This document shows positions 37,140-49,675 of a DNA stretch of 64,000 nt, piece after piece. The position numbers and the translations under genes were made by a program. The stretch lies in assembly GCA_951406725.2 (NCBI GenBank), contig OX597816.1:94860001-94924000 (forward strand), written 5' to 3'. Positions within the stretch are counted from its first letter, which is position 1. The number at the start of each line of letters is the position of its first letter. The notes under the pieces were generated by a model. It saw only the letters and a list, made by a program, of their open reading frames with translations, did no database searches and had not been told where the DNA came from. This stretch comes from Octopus vulgaris. Its lineage: Eukaryota.

Positions 37140-38915
37140 CAAAGAAATTATTTACTACTTCTAAGGATCCCACCAGACATTTGAGGAAGTCTATTTTCTG
37201 TATATTCTTAGTGTTTATTGTACCTGCACATCTGCCACACACAAAGACTACTTTTTCTGTTAACCTTCCCATGATACCTCTGCACTGCTTAAATGTCCTT
37301 AGCTTCCCAGGGTACACTGTATGGAATTTCTATCAACATCTTTCCTACTTACCAGCAGCGTCATCTCCCTGAAGAGATTTGAGATTTATGTTTTTGTACT
37401 TACTAGGATTTTGGTGTTAGCCATATTTACTCTAAGGCCCTTAGATTCCAGACCTTGCTTCAATACCTGAAATATCCTCTCTAGTCCAGATAGTGATTCA
37501 GCTATAAGAACAAGGTCATTAGTGTAGAGGAGCTCCCAACCAGTCTTATATTCCTCTGTTATGACCTAGAGGACTTTGATAATCAAGAGGTTGGCGAGAA
37601 CTGGTTCTTGGTGAACTCCTACTTGTACACTAAATTCATTGATATACTCATTGCCAACCTTCACCTTACTGATAGCATCATTGTACATCGCTTGTACTGT
37701 TTTCACCAAGCACTCATTTATTCCTAACTTCTACACTGAACCCTGATAAGCCTTCTTCAGGTCTACAAAAGACAAATACATAGGATTATTCATGGTTAAA
37801 TTCTTCTCCTGCAGTTGCCTAACCAGGAAAATAGCATCAGTAGTGTTTCTTTCTGGTACAAAACTGAACTGCATCTCATGCAGGCTAACACTCTTCCTAA
37901 TTAGTTGAGTTGTAACCCTCTAGGTAACTTTCATGATCTGGTCCAACAATTTGATACCTTTGTAATTATTTCTGTCTAAGACATCACCTTTGCCTTTGTA
38001 ACAGTTAACAACATGGTCACAACAGGCATTGGGTATGACTCACTTGTGGACAACCTGATTAACTATACTGGTGACTAGGACATATCCCATTTTACCAGAT
38101 ATTTTAAGCATTCCAGCAGTGATTCCTGAAGGGCTGGGTCCTTTTCCTCTCTTCATATCCTTAATTGATTTAGCTACCAAGTTACTGTCAGTTCAGATAG
38201 CCGGTCTCTCTGTTGGGTCCACATTAGACAGACTCTCCTCTCATACATTCTGTACATTTAGCAGCCAATCATAGTAGCATTTCCAGGCCTCTTTCTTTGC
38301 AGATCACTAACTCCAAGTGATCCATCATCCATGTCAACACACTTCTCTCCTACAACATCACAATTTTCTCTCACACACTGTTGAGAGCTTTTCTTGGATG
38401 CTGTCCCACAGCAAATGGACATTTAAACAAAATATATAAACATGCATGTGCACCTGATTATATTTACATTACTAGAGCTTCATTTAATTCATATCCCCTT
38501 CAAACCTAAAGTGTAATGATGATGGAACAGTTTAGTAGAGAGGGCCATTAGAGCAAAGGCACAAGCCTGGAAGGATTGGAAATGTGGTAGTAGCAAGGAT
38601 CTGTATCAAGTTGGTAGACAGGTATATTTAGCTTGGGGAGACACATATAGAAGTCTGCAAATGTTCTGCAGCATAAGGACCAGTAGCTTGAGGCATTTTT
38701 GATTGCAAGACTGTCTTGCAATCAAAAATACCTCAAGTCACTGGTCTTCATGCTGCAGAACATTTGCAAACTTCTTCCTATCTGTGTTTCCCCTAGCTAA
38801 ATATACCAGTGTAGCAACTTGATACAGATCCTTGCTACCACCACATTTCCAGTCCTTCCAGGCCTGCGTCTTTGCTCTAATGGCCCTCTCTACTACACTG
38901 ATCCATCACCATTAC
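37140..38915 (-). mobile_element. Decayed RTE LINE ORF fragment (linker, RT, PHD-like finger)
   Basis: The reverse complement aligns by eye to about 25920-27410 of the long copy, with stops and indels. It is interrupted by the inverted duplication. Confidence 0.88.
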
Positions 38916-39039
38916 ACTTTAGGTCTGAAGGGGATATGAATTAAAAGCAGCTCTAGTAATGTAAATATTATCAGTGGTTTATGTATTTTGTTTAAATGCC
39001 CATTTGCTCTGGGACAGCATGTAAGAAAAGCTCCCAACA
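38379..39039. repeat. Fold-back palindrome with ~330-bp arms and a 1-nt spacer (38712)
   Basis: The centre reads tttttgattgcaagac-t-gtcttgcaatcaaaaa; the arms can be followed out to gagcttttctt / aagaaaagctc. Confidence 0.95.
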
Positions 39040-39164
39040 CAACTTTGAGTGTTAAAGAACACTGAGTATCCCAGATGAGGTGAGAAAACTCACCTCAAAG
39101 TGATTAAGAATGGCATATACTGATATTTTGCAATCCTTGTGGCTTATCAATACCACGAATTGCT

Positions 39165-39468
39165 GATCTGGCACTTAATTGCAAATGAAGCCAGATGAAA
39201 CCATAACCCGTGGCCTATGCCAGGAGCATAACCAGCCCGCTTATGCATAGCTTTTCCTTCTTTGGTCACTAAACTTTGCTTGCGAAGACCTGTTGAGGCA
39301 AGTGAAATCAAAATCAAAATCATTTCGATGACTGGCATCCGTGCTAGTGGGGTGCAAAGAGCACCATACGAGTGTGATCGTTGACAGAGTGGCTATTCGA
39401 GTATGATCATTACCAGCGTCGCCTCACTGGCACTTATGCCTGTGCTAGTAGGGTGCCATGTATATGTT

Positions 39469-39513
<45 letters not shown>

Positions 39514-39857
39514 ATCTATATGTATATATATGCCAAGAACACCCAAGTAGGGTGCCAGAGCAGCCAACTGGCTTCTATACCCGTGGCACGTAAAAGGGCA
39601 CCATTCGAGCATGATCATTACCAACATCGTTTCACTGGAACCTGTGTCAGTGGCACGTGCAAAACGATTTGAGCAAGGTCATTGCCAGTACCGCCTGACT
39701 ACACTCTCGGAGTGGTTGGTGTTAGGAAGGGCATGCAGCTGTAGAAACTCTGCCAGATCAAGACTGGAGCCTGGTGCAGCCATCTGGTTGCCAGCCCTCA
39801 ATCAAAACCGTCCAACCCATGCTAGCATGGAAAACAGACGTTAAATGATGATGATGG
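39165..39857 (+). mobile_element. RTE 3'UTR copy with hairpin units and tail
   Basis: gaagacctgttgaggcaagtga, gtggcacgtaaaag units and the conserved tail with gatgatg. Confidence 0.85.
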
Positions 39858-39967
39858 TATATCCATATACACAAAAATGCACATATACATGCTTATACAC
39901 ACACACATATAGTAGAGTATATTAAATGAGTTAAATCATTCTCAACATACCATAGCAGAATAGTATT

Positions 39968-40258
39968 CATCATCATCATCGTTCAATGTTTGCTTTCCAT
40001 GCTGGCATGGGTTAGACGGTTTGACTGAGGGCAGGTGAGGTAGAAGGCTGCACCAGGCTCCAATCTGATCTGGCAAAGTTTCTACAGCTAGATGCCCTTC
40101 CTAATGCCAACCACTCTGAGAGTGTAGAGGGTGCTTTTTAAGTGCCACTAGCACAAGGGTCAATCAAGCAGTACTGGCATCGACCACGCTTGAATGGTGC
40201 TTTTTATGTGCCACTGGCATGGGAGCCAGCTAAGTGGCACTGGCAATGACCACACTCT
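39968..40258 (-). mobile_element. RTE 3' tail copy, tail-to-tail with 39165-39857
   Basis: catcatcatcatcgttcaatgtttgctttccatgctggcatggg...gatgcccttcctaatgccaacc. Confidence 0.85.
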
Positions 40259-40813
40259 TCAATTTCATTCAGTGGTTAAGAATGTTTAATATATTTTCTA
40301 TATACAGTATTCTTTCAACAATTTTTAAATAACTTTAATAGCATATTCAAAACAGATAACTGTATGTAGCTCTTTCTATAGCATGTTCACTTCTTGATGT
40401 AAAGATAAAATACACGACAACTCTCAACATAGAAGAGGCGACAAGAATAACAAAGAATATTGTTTTCAAAAATGTTTTTCCCTTAGATTATACATTCAAC
40501 AATACCTAAGTGGACTTTACACCAATCAAGAAACAATTGCTTCACACAAAATAGAATTTCAAAAGAAGAAATGTATTTCATGGTTCTCTATAAATTTCTA
40601 CTTGTCTTATTTTTATCAAAATAACTGAAAATTCTATAGCTACTGCTAGTGTAAATATATTGCAATAAAACACTATCTGCTTTTTGCTCTCTCCTTAGTA
40701 AGCTTAGAAAATTTTAAAACTCAGTCTTTGATGAATTTTAGTCTACTCAATATGATTATCAACAACATTTAAAACTTTTGCTTATAAAAATATTTTGAGA
40801 CTAAATTTTACAT

Positions 40814-42305
40814 TACAAGGGTGGGATGAAAAGATGCTAGAGCTGTGAAATCTTGCATGCATTAATTTAAATCTTCTTATCAATAACTGTATTGTTTCTT
40901 TCCAGGCAAACTGACATATGACTATTCAAAGATGACTTCAAAAGTAACTAGTAGCAGCTTCTCTTGCAAGTGGACAAAATTTGGTCTTGTGATGTTATTA
41001 AGTACCTGCAGAAAAAGGGGTTAGCTCCCCTCAACAACAGTCATGTAGACAAGGTTGCTACATTAGAGAATGACACTCCAGCTTTATTAACTGTACAAAA
41101 GTGGGAAGGGAGGGTCTTGAAGATGACTCAAGATCTGGACATTCTACAACTACCATTACTGAGGGAAACATTGATTGCGTTCACCACATGGTGATGGATG
41201 ACAAGTGATTGACTATAAATCAATTAGCCAATGTTAATAGCCTATCCTGTGAGAGAGTTGAGAATATTCAGCACAATGAACTTGGCAAGATGAATGTTTC
41301 TGCTCAGTGAGTGTCATGTCTTCTAACACCTGATCAAAAGTGCACCAGGTTGATCACATCACAGAAAAATCTGATATTGTTTTAGGCAGATCCAGCTGGT
41401 TTCCTTGAATGTTTCCTAACCCAGAATGAATGTTGGGATCATCACTGAGTTAGAGAGAAAGAGACGATTCATGCAATGGAAACATCTCTTCTCACCAAAG
41501 AAGGCCAAGGTAGTTTCATCTGCAGAGAAGGTGATGATCACAGTTTCGTGGAATGCAAAATGGTATTGTGATTATTGATTAATCCCTGACTGGCTCCTGT
41601 GCCAGTGGCATGTAAAATGCACTATCTGAACATGATCAATGCCAGGCCTGCTTGATTGGCTCCTGTGCCAGTGGAATGTAAAAATCAGTCACTACACTCT
41701 CAGAGTGGTTGGTTTTAGGAAGGGCATCCAGCTGTAGAAATATTGCCAGATCAGATTGGAGCCTGGTGCAGCCGCTGACACTCCAGACATCACTCAAACC
41801 GTCCAACCCATGCCAGCATGGACAACAGACATTAAACGATGATGATGATCAAAAGGACCATACTGTCAATAGAGAGTATTATGCCAGCTTGCTGAGGCAG
41901 TTACAAAAGGTTATCAAAACAAAACACCCAGGAAAAGAAGACTTATTTCATCAGTAAAATGCTCCAGCACACAAGTTTTTATTTCAGTGGTTACTGTGTA
42001 TGACTGTGGCTTTGAACTGGTTGATCACCCTCCCTATTCTGATTTGGCCCCATCTGACTCATCAATTTTCCAACATAAAAAATACTTGATTGGGAACCAG
42101 TATTGCAGTGATGATATACACGTTGTTGATGGCCTTTTTGATCAACAGGATGAAAGCTTTTTCATCAATGGGATCCAAACACTGCAACACTGATGGAAGA
42201 AGTGTGTAGACTGCAAGGAGGAATATGTTGAAAAATAAACCTCATTTGGTCACATTCCATGAAAGTATCTTGGTCAGCCTATGAACTTTTTAGCTGAACC
42301 TCATA
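40814..42305 (+). mobile_element. Decayed mariner transposon, interrupted by an RTE tail (41580-41850)
   Basis: TIR-like ends tacaagggtgggatgaaaag / ctttttagctgaacctcata. Transposase remnants VIKYLQKKG..TVQKW, SAQ*VSCLLT (WVPR), QSMQWKH-like, EYYASLLRQL and HPPYSDLAPSD. Confidence 0.88.
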
Positions 42306-42561
42306 CTACAAGCCAAAATAACTATAACTAGATAAATTCAAATTTCATCAGCTTTATAATTTTAGAAAAAAAGAACAGTTCATTTTTGAAACAAAAGAGA
42401 AATAGGTTTAATTTGTCCTAATTTGTTTGTTACTCTTAGGCTAAACAAATGAAGATTTGATAAGCTATTTTTGCATCTTTTTTTTTCTTTGGTATGATCA
42501 CAGTTAAAATACACAAATTCTAAAAGCAATTTTGACCAGTTTAAATTGAATAATAACTTAC

Positions 42562-43172
42562 CTTGTGGAACCTTTTGAGCCACCAATTCTGCGTGTACAA
42601 CTTCTGTCATGACATGCATCAATTAACTTTCGTAAGAGAAGCAGACACTCTCGAAATGTAGAGAAGAAAGGATGATGGCTGACAATGCATAGTGATGTTA
42701 GGGTATTATTCCTAACCCGGCTGGCTGTTTTTAGACGTCGTCTAGTCCTTGGTGATCTTTGTGGGTGATCAGTGTCTCCATGATGGGGTGCTAATTTATT
42801 GGGATCTCCATAATGATCATAACGATCACGAGACTTTTCACTTGAATGAGTTTTCCGTTCAAAAGGACGGAAAAAGTTTACACATATTCCATATCGAACA
42901 ATTCCAGAATCTTTTTCAGTTAATGTAAATACAAAAGGTGTAGTTTCTCGCAGGCTAGTTCTTCTGGGCCCTTCACTGATGCAACCTTCTGGTTGACAGA
43001 AGAAGATAACATCATTTGGAAGTGGGAAATCTTTGTGGTCTTCAACTGGATAACGACGAAGCAGCTCAGGTGTTTGTGCTACATTATTATTATGATATGG
43101 GTTGCGAGTTCCCACAATCACAATATAATCCAACAGTCGTGGTGAAAAGTATTTTTTCATGTATTCACACAT
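42562..43172 (-). CDS. MADD: MADD coding exon 1 (uDENN): MCEYMKKYFSPRLLDY...GSKGST(R)
   Basis: ATG at 43172; donor AG|GTAAGT after 42562; 611 nt, phase 2. The acceptor tttattttgacag| puts the exon start at 43375, so 43173-43375 is 5'UTR. Confidence 0.95.
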
Positions 43173-46100
43173 TGTAAGTGTGAACGGTGTATACTTTCGA
43201 ATTATAGGTATGTGCTAGTGATAGCACAATGGTTATTATGTAATAGGTAGATAGTAAGCAAGCATCTTTTCCAGAAGAACTTCAATTGTAGTTGTTTTCA
43301 TTCATTTCAGTGGAATGACATAAACCAACTAGCATTAAACTGGTGGAATATAAATCCATAATTGTGACAACTAACCTGTCAAAATAAATGAAATGGAACA
43401 AATGTAATGGAAACAATATTATTTAAGATTCAATAACCAAAACACATTTTCATATTGAAAATTAGTAAAGTTAATATCTAGTTTGAAGATTGGTTATTTC
43501 ATTTTAATTGTGATAAATTTAGTTTATTTGAACTTTTATGTAAATTTAAATAATAATGGTGAAACTCACACAGGGGTTAAGAAGAACAATAGGAAAATTA
43601 TACCAAGTGGATTTGTAATTTGACTAAGACTATTTCAAAATTATGTGTGAATTTGTAAAAGATTATGATTATTTCAAGAGAAGTATTAGCTAGAAAGGAA
43701 GTTATATATCAATAATGTTAACCAAAAGAAAAAATTCAACTGCACTCTATGTGGAAAATGGGAAGAGTAGTAGTAAGAGGAAAATGATAACAGCTATCAA
43801 GGTCATGCTTAAAGAGTTCAACTTTGGTTCTTATTGCAGTTCTTTAGATTGTTTCAGTTTTTACCTAAAAGGGTTTGCACTAGCATGTACTGTTTTAGCT
43901 GTTCATAAATGCTGACTTTTCTCATTGATATCTGAAATTAGTTAAATAATCAATAATTTTATTCCCATGCCAAATCTTGTGAAAGATGTACATGTGTCAT
44001 CTTGCTTCGTAGTGTGTGTGTGTGGTGTGTGAGTATACATAAATATTATGACCATCATCATCATCCACTTTTCTATGCTTGCATGAATTAGACAGAATTT
44101 GTTGAGGTAGATTTTCAAGAGTCAGATGTCTTATTTTGTCACCTGTCATGCCAAGATATATATATATATAATGTATATATTTCACATGCACAAGACATTA
44201 AATTGTATCTGGTGGTAAGGTTCCTGCTGTGGAGCTCAGGAATTTTGTGGAGTATGTTGTTTCTCCTCAGATAATACTATTCATGAGACTGTTCTGGCCT
44301 AGGGTAGTAGTATGAAGATGGTACTGTGGCCAAGACATATAAAGCTCAGAAAAGGGTTGCTCTCTAGACAAGTATCACAGAAATCTATAGATATGTAGGC
44401 CATGGACTGATGTCATGTGAACCAGTCCCACCGCTTGGAGGTTAAATAGGCCCTGTACCCCAAGGACAAGCTTAGGAGAAAAGACTAGCAGAGTAAGCAA
44501 TAAAAAATACTAAAGCCTCTAGGCATGGTTCATGAAGAGATGCTTGCTAACTTGGTAACCTGCTTTTCAGGAAGAGATACTAGCTAAGTTGGCAGTCTGC
44601 TGCTAAATAAGAGACTTTTACCTATTTATTTCCTGTTTCTTTATAACTGAATAGATTTCCTAGCTATGATTATAAGTCCTGGTGCATGTCCTGTTGTTTT
44701 ACACTTGGAATAATACTTTGTTGCATTGAAATATAGGTATATATATTCATCAAAAGGCATAACAATATTGAAATAAAAGAAACACTTAATAGATTAAAAT
44801 AAATATTAGCTTTTAACTATTATTTCTGTATGTGACATTATATAAAACAAAGCAAACAGAAAATTTTGACTATCAATGTTGATGTATACAATCATTTTCA
44901 TGATTGGGATGCCTATGAGATCTTGGAAAAATAAAGTAATTTTGACGAGTAAAAATTGTCACATCTGATGGATTCCCAACTCTACTAATAGAAACATCCA
45001 ACTGACCATGTGTGAATATGTCTATAGTAACTAATTAAAATTTAACAGAGAAAAATGAATATTTATTTGTGTGTTTTTTAAGAAATTTAAAGGACTGAGA
45101 TTCATCATTTTCTTTTCATTTAATAAACTTCTTTAAGAGGAACATGCATAAAGAGGGAACAAGAGATAGTATTTGATGAGAAATTGAGGTGAAAACAGCT
45201 ATAAAATGCTGCTGCGGTGTTACTTGACTTTGTGAAATTACACATTTTCCATTCATGACAAATTGTGCAATAATAAAATGCATTTTAAAATGGCTATAAG
45301 AAAATAATTATTCAACTACTGTCTGAAATGGTGGCACAGAGGAAACTGAAGTGGACAGTGCCTGCAAGTCATTTAGGTTAGTTATGTATTGCATGAGAGA
45401 TTGGGGTAAACACAGTGAAAGACAGGTAGATAAACACATAGTGTTTCTTATTGTGAAGAAAGCAATTTAACAAAAAAGAGAACAAATATTTATTTGTCGG
45501 TTTTCTTATGAGAAATTTCAGGAACAAAGATTTATAATTTCTTTTCATTTTGTAATAAACTTACTTTGATGAAATTTTATTTTTAGAAGTGGTAGATGAC
45601 CATGCTGAGAAATATATGGGTGTCTACCATACATGCATACAGAGGGAGAAAGTAAGAGAGAGGGGTGGTGGTTGCAAACCAAACTGGAAGGAATGTTACA
45701 GACAAACAAATTTCACAAGAATCATAATAATGATTACAAAAATCACTTGCCATCAGGCTTCACATAAGATAGATTCTGTTACACATTTTTTTTTTCAGCA
45801 ACAGGAAATATCTCATGCCTTATCACGGCTTTCATAAAGCCAAACCTGAATCACTCTCTTGGCAATTGTCATTATGAAGACAGTTTCTTATCTGAGACTG
45901 CCCTGGCTAAATCCATGTATCATTGCATGTATGTATATATATATATATGCAGTGAGAGAGAGAGGGAGAGTGAGATGTATGAAAATATACATACAGTAAT
46001 CCCTTGCCATATTGTGGTTTATTAAGCTTATGTCGATTCTTCTGTGGTGTTGTTTTGCATTTATAATAAAATAAATATATACAAATTATAAAAATAATTA

Positions 46101-47144
46101 AAAAATATATACCGTACAGTTCTGTTTCTACTTTGCGGATTTTCACCTATCATGGTGGGGTTTGGAATGGGGTTTGGATGTGTGTGTGTATATATATATA
46201 TACACACACACATCTATCAATATATGTGTGTATTTGTATTGCCATTATTCTCCTGTTATAATAAAAGAGTAGCCTTCTTCTCTACAGTTCAGATTATTAA
46301 TGCCTTTAGCTGGATATCTTTGTGCTCTGACCAAATAGGTTATTCATGATTGGTAGGAATAATGCAAAACCATAATGTAGAAAAATCTACCAATGTGTAA
46401 GAGCCAGCTGAACTGCTGCCAAATGATGATACAAACTCTCTTCCTTTCAGGTGAACAGGAAGCTATCCATGAATACATTTTCCTGTCAGGTTGAAAACTG
46501 CAGAACTGCAAGTATTCTGGAGAGATTCTAGAGATACTTCAATAGAGGTATGTAGTTGTATGTTGTGTACAAGAAGACAGAACTAAGACAGATTCCTTAA
46601 AAGCAAGGAATACAAGTACACATTAATCTGGTTGGTGAGCAGCAACAGAGTAGCAGTGTTGGTAGAGAGGAAAAGTAGATGAAGTAACTGAAGTAGTCAG
46701 AGTATGTGATAGAATAATTAAGCTTATACTAGTCTTGGCTAATAAAATGTCACTAATCTCTGCATATACACCACAATCAGGACTGCTTCTATGATGCTGT
46801 CTTGCAGACTATGATGCTGTATTGCACTATCTTGAATGATAGTGATCTCATTATCATGGCTATAATAAATATGTCTATTCCCCAAACATGTGGAACATTT
46901 AACAGAGGAAGGACTAGCCACAAGTCATCAAAGTCAACAGTAGTTTGATTCCAAATGCATTAAAGATATGAACCCAATTGGATATTCAGAGTAGTTGCAC
47001 TGAAACTTAAAATGTCTGGTGAAGTTGGTCAGTTAGATAATTCAGGGAGATGATTGGCATAACTCAATGATTAGTATAACAGTTCCATCATCAAGTGCAG
47101 CAAAAGCAAAGGAGATGCACCAGAGAAAGGCAACCCATTGGTAC

Positions 47145-47452
47145 TCTGTCACCTATGATGATGAGGGTTCCAGTTGATCTGATCAAGGGAACAGCCTGCT
47201 AGTGAAATTAACATGCAAGTGGCTGAGCACTCCACAAACATGCAAACCCTTAATATAATTCTCAGGGAGATTCAGTATGACACTGAGTCTGACAGGCCCT
47301 TTGAAATACAGATACCATTAACTTTTGCCAGCTGAGTGAACTGGAGCAACATGAAATAAAGTGTCTTGCTCAAGGACAAAACATGCTGCTTGAACCAAAC
47401 TTGCAGCCTTATGATCATTAGCTGAAAACCCTAACCACTGAGCCATGCACCT
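47145..47452 (-). mobile_element. tRNA-derived SINE (third family)
   Basis: Minus strand: ggtgcatggctcagtggttaggg (A box)...gtccttgagcaagacacttta. Confidence 0.7.
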
Positions 47453-47619
47453 TACTGAAAGGCAACTACAAAGATATCAAATTGATGGTCCAGATTATGA
47501 AAGTTGTACAATTAGTTATAGTACAATTATGAACAAAATTTGCCCAGCACTAAGCCAAATTATGTCTCAGCTTGACTGAGTAATTAATGATACTGGATTC
47601 TTAATAAGATAAAATGAGG

Positions 47620-49675
47620 ATCTCGAATGTAGAGCATTTGTGAAAACTAGAAAGAAATGAAGTGAGTGTGTTCCAATGTATGTGTAATATGAACAACTGG
47701 GCACAAGCTAAGTGAGATTAAAGCTGGCTATAAGAGTAATCAGATGTAGTAAGGAAGAAGACTATGCTGGTACACAGGCTTGTGATATGGTTGAAGGATG
47801 TCAGTTATATAAAGAAGTGTTCAAAGTGGATGAAACATAGAAAAAGGAGACCTAACAAAATACAATAGAGAAGATGTTGAATTTCACAAATGAGATGACA
47901 AATGATTGTTATGAGGGGTGATATTATGGTACTGGAGAAGAACAGTCCACCTAACCAAACAGTGCAAAAGCTTGTTTAATTTGTGGTAGTATTGGAGGCT
48001 CTGATCACTGTTATCCTCACACTTATCATTCACTTTCTCTCTTATTCATGTTACTATGCTGCCTGTGTATCAAAAGATAACATTTTGAATATGCTTGTGT
48101 TCAATACCCCATCAAAAGTCATTCATTATCAATATCATAGGCCATCTCTAATGCTATTCATTATTCTCTTTTATCATCTACCATCTTTATTGCAATCCGT
48201 CACTCTTTCTTGCTCTCACATTACTCTCTCTTCTATTACACAAAATTCTCTTATCAATCTCTCTCACTTCCTTTACTCTCTCCCATCACCTTGTCTTCTT
48301 CTCCCATTGTCTTTCCATATTACGCCACTCATGCTGTGCTTCCACTCAATCATCTTACCAGCAAACACGTAGCAACCATCACTGTTACTCTTTCAATTAC
48401 CCCCATAATTATTTCTTTCGATAATTTTCCTACCATACAAGGCGATATCAAAAAGTTCCTGGACTAGTTCTGTAATGCACCAAGAGATGGCAGCACACGG
48501 TTGTGTGTGCAGTAAGAGCTATCAGTGACTTTCATGCAGTGTGCTGAGTGACATCGCTGTGTTTACTTCGCAAATAGTGAAATTTGTATTTTTGTGAGCA
48601 CGTGTATGTTGTAGTCTACCATTTTGTCATGGACAGGAATAAAGAGCCAATGTGAAATTTTGTGTTAAACTTTGGAAGTCTCTTACAGAGACATTCAGCA
48701 TGCTTCAGCAAGCTTACAACAATGAAGCAATGGGTCGTATACAATGTTTCAAGTAGCATGGGTACTTCAAAAGCAGAACATTCCTGGAAGACGATGAGCA
48801 ATCTAGAAGATCTGCCATGAGTACTACCCCAAGAAATGTGGTATTGTGCATTGAGAATTCAACCCCCAGAGCTAGACCATCAATTGAGAGTTCTGTTGTC
48901 ACATTTTGAAGCATTTGAAGGAGGACATTTAGTCAAAGTGACTGGATCTGTGGAGCAGGAAGAATTGGATTCTTCACTGAGCTCCCCTCACTTGTGAGTT
49001 TCTTGCCAAAAACAACATAGTTTCACTTCCGCACCTGCCCTATTTGCCACATTTAGCACTTGTGGACTTCCATCTCTTCCCCAAGATGGAAATGCATCTG
49101 AAAGGTTGCTGTTTTAACACCACTGTCAAGATCCAGAGCAAATCACTGAAGGTCCTCAACTCACTTAAGGAAAACAACTTCTAGGCCGGATTCCAAAATT
49201 GGCAAGAATGCTAGGACCAGTGTATTGCTGTGCAAGGTGACTATTTTGAAGGAGATGTTAAAACTTAGGTAAATAACTTAATTTATTATTAAACATAACT
49301 AGTCCTGGAACATTTTGATACCACCTGATACTGTCTATTTTTCCATCCTGTTATTACTTTTTTCTACTCCAGCTTCTCAGTCACGTTGTCTTGAATGAAT
49401 GAAGACAACAATAGAGAACTCTTCACTCTTACTGAGTACAAAGCAACTTTACTAGTGCTGGTGCTATGATAAAATGCACTCAGTATACTTGTAAAGTGGT
49501 TGGCATTAGGAAGGGCATCTAGCAATAGAGACAATGTAAAATTGAAACATATGAGCGATATGTAGTCCATGACCTGTCTAAAAAGTACAGTAACTCCAAA
49601 TAACTGGTTTGAATCATTACAATTCATCTATCCATGCCATGATAGAAAATGGATGTAAAAAGATGGATGATGATG
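47620..49675 (+). mobile_element. Old RTE 3' fragment interrupted by a mariner relic
   Basis: Degenerate LERNE / LCWY / VLEK, then a C/T-rich block, then tail gtggttggcattaggaagggcatc. Confidence 0.6.
48436..49330 (+). mobile_element. Internally deleted mariner relic
   Basis: TIRs tacaaggcgatatcaaaaagttcctggactagtt / aactagtcctggaacattttgataccacctgata. Remnants VKFCVKL..TETFSML and HLPYLPHLALVDFHLFPKM. Confidence 0.85.

Larger units (their letters stand above)
874..43375 (-). other. MADD: MADD / Rab3-GEF gene, 5' part (11 coding exons, 702 codons; continues beyond the left edge)
   Basis: Exons translated by hand join in frame through GT-AG introns (2106 nt). They give the uDENN-DENN-dDENN motifs [66 protein letters not shown] and DPSLIGDKPKWY, which are characteristic of MADD/aex-3. 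Confidence 0.97.

Noticed and set aside
46250-47100. Possible endonuclease relic of another LINE
   Set aside because: The resemblance is only vague and no diagnostic motif could be read.
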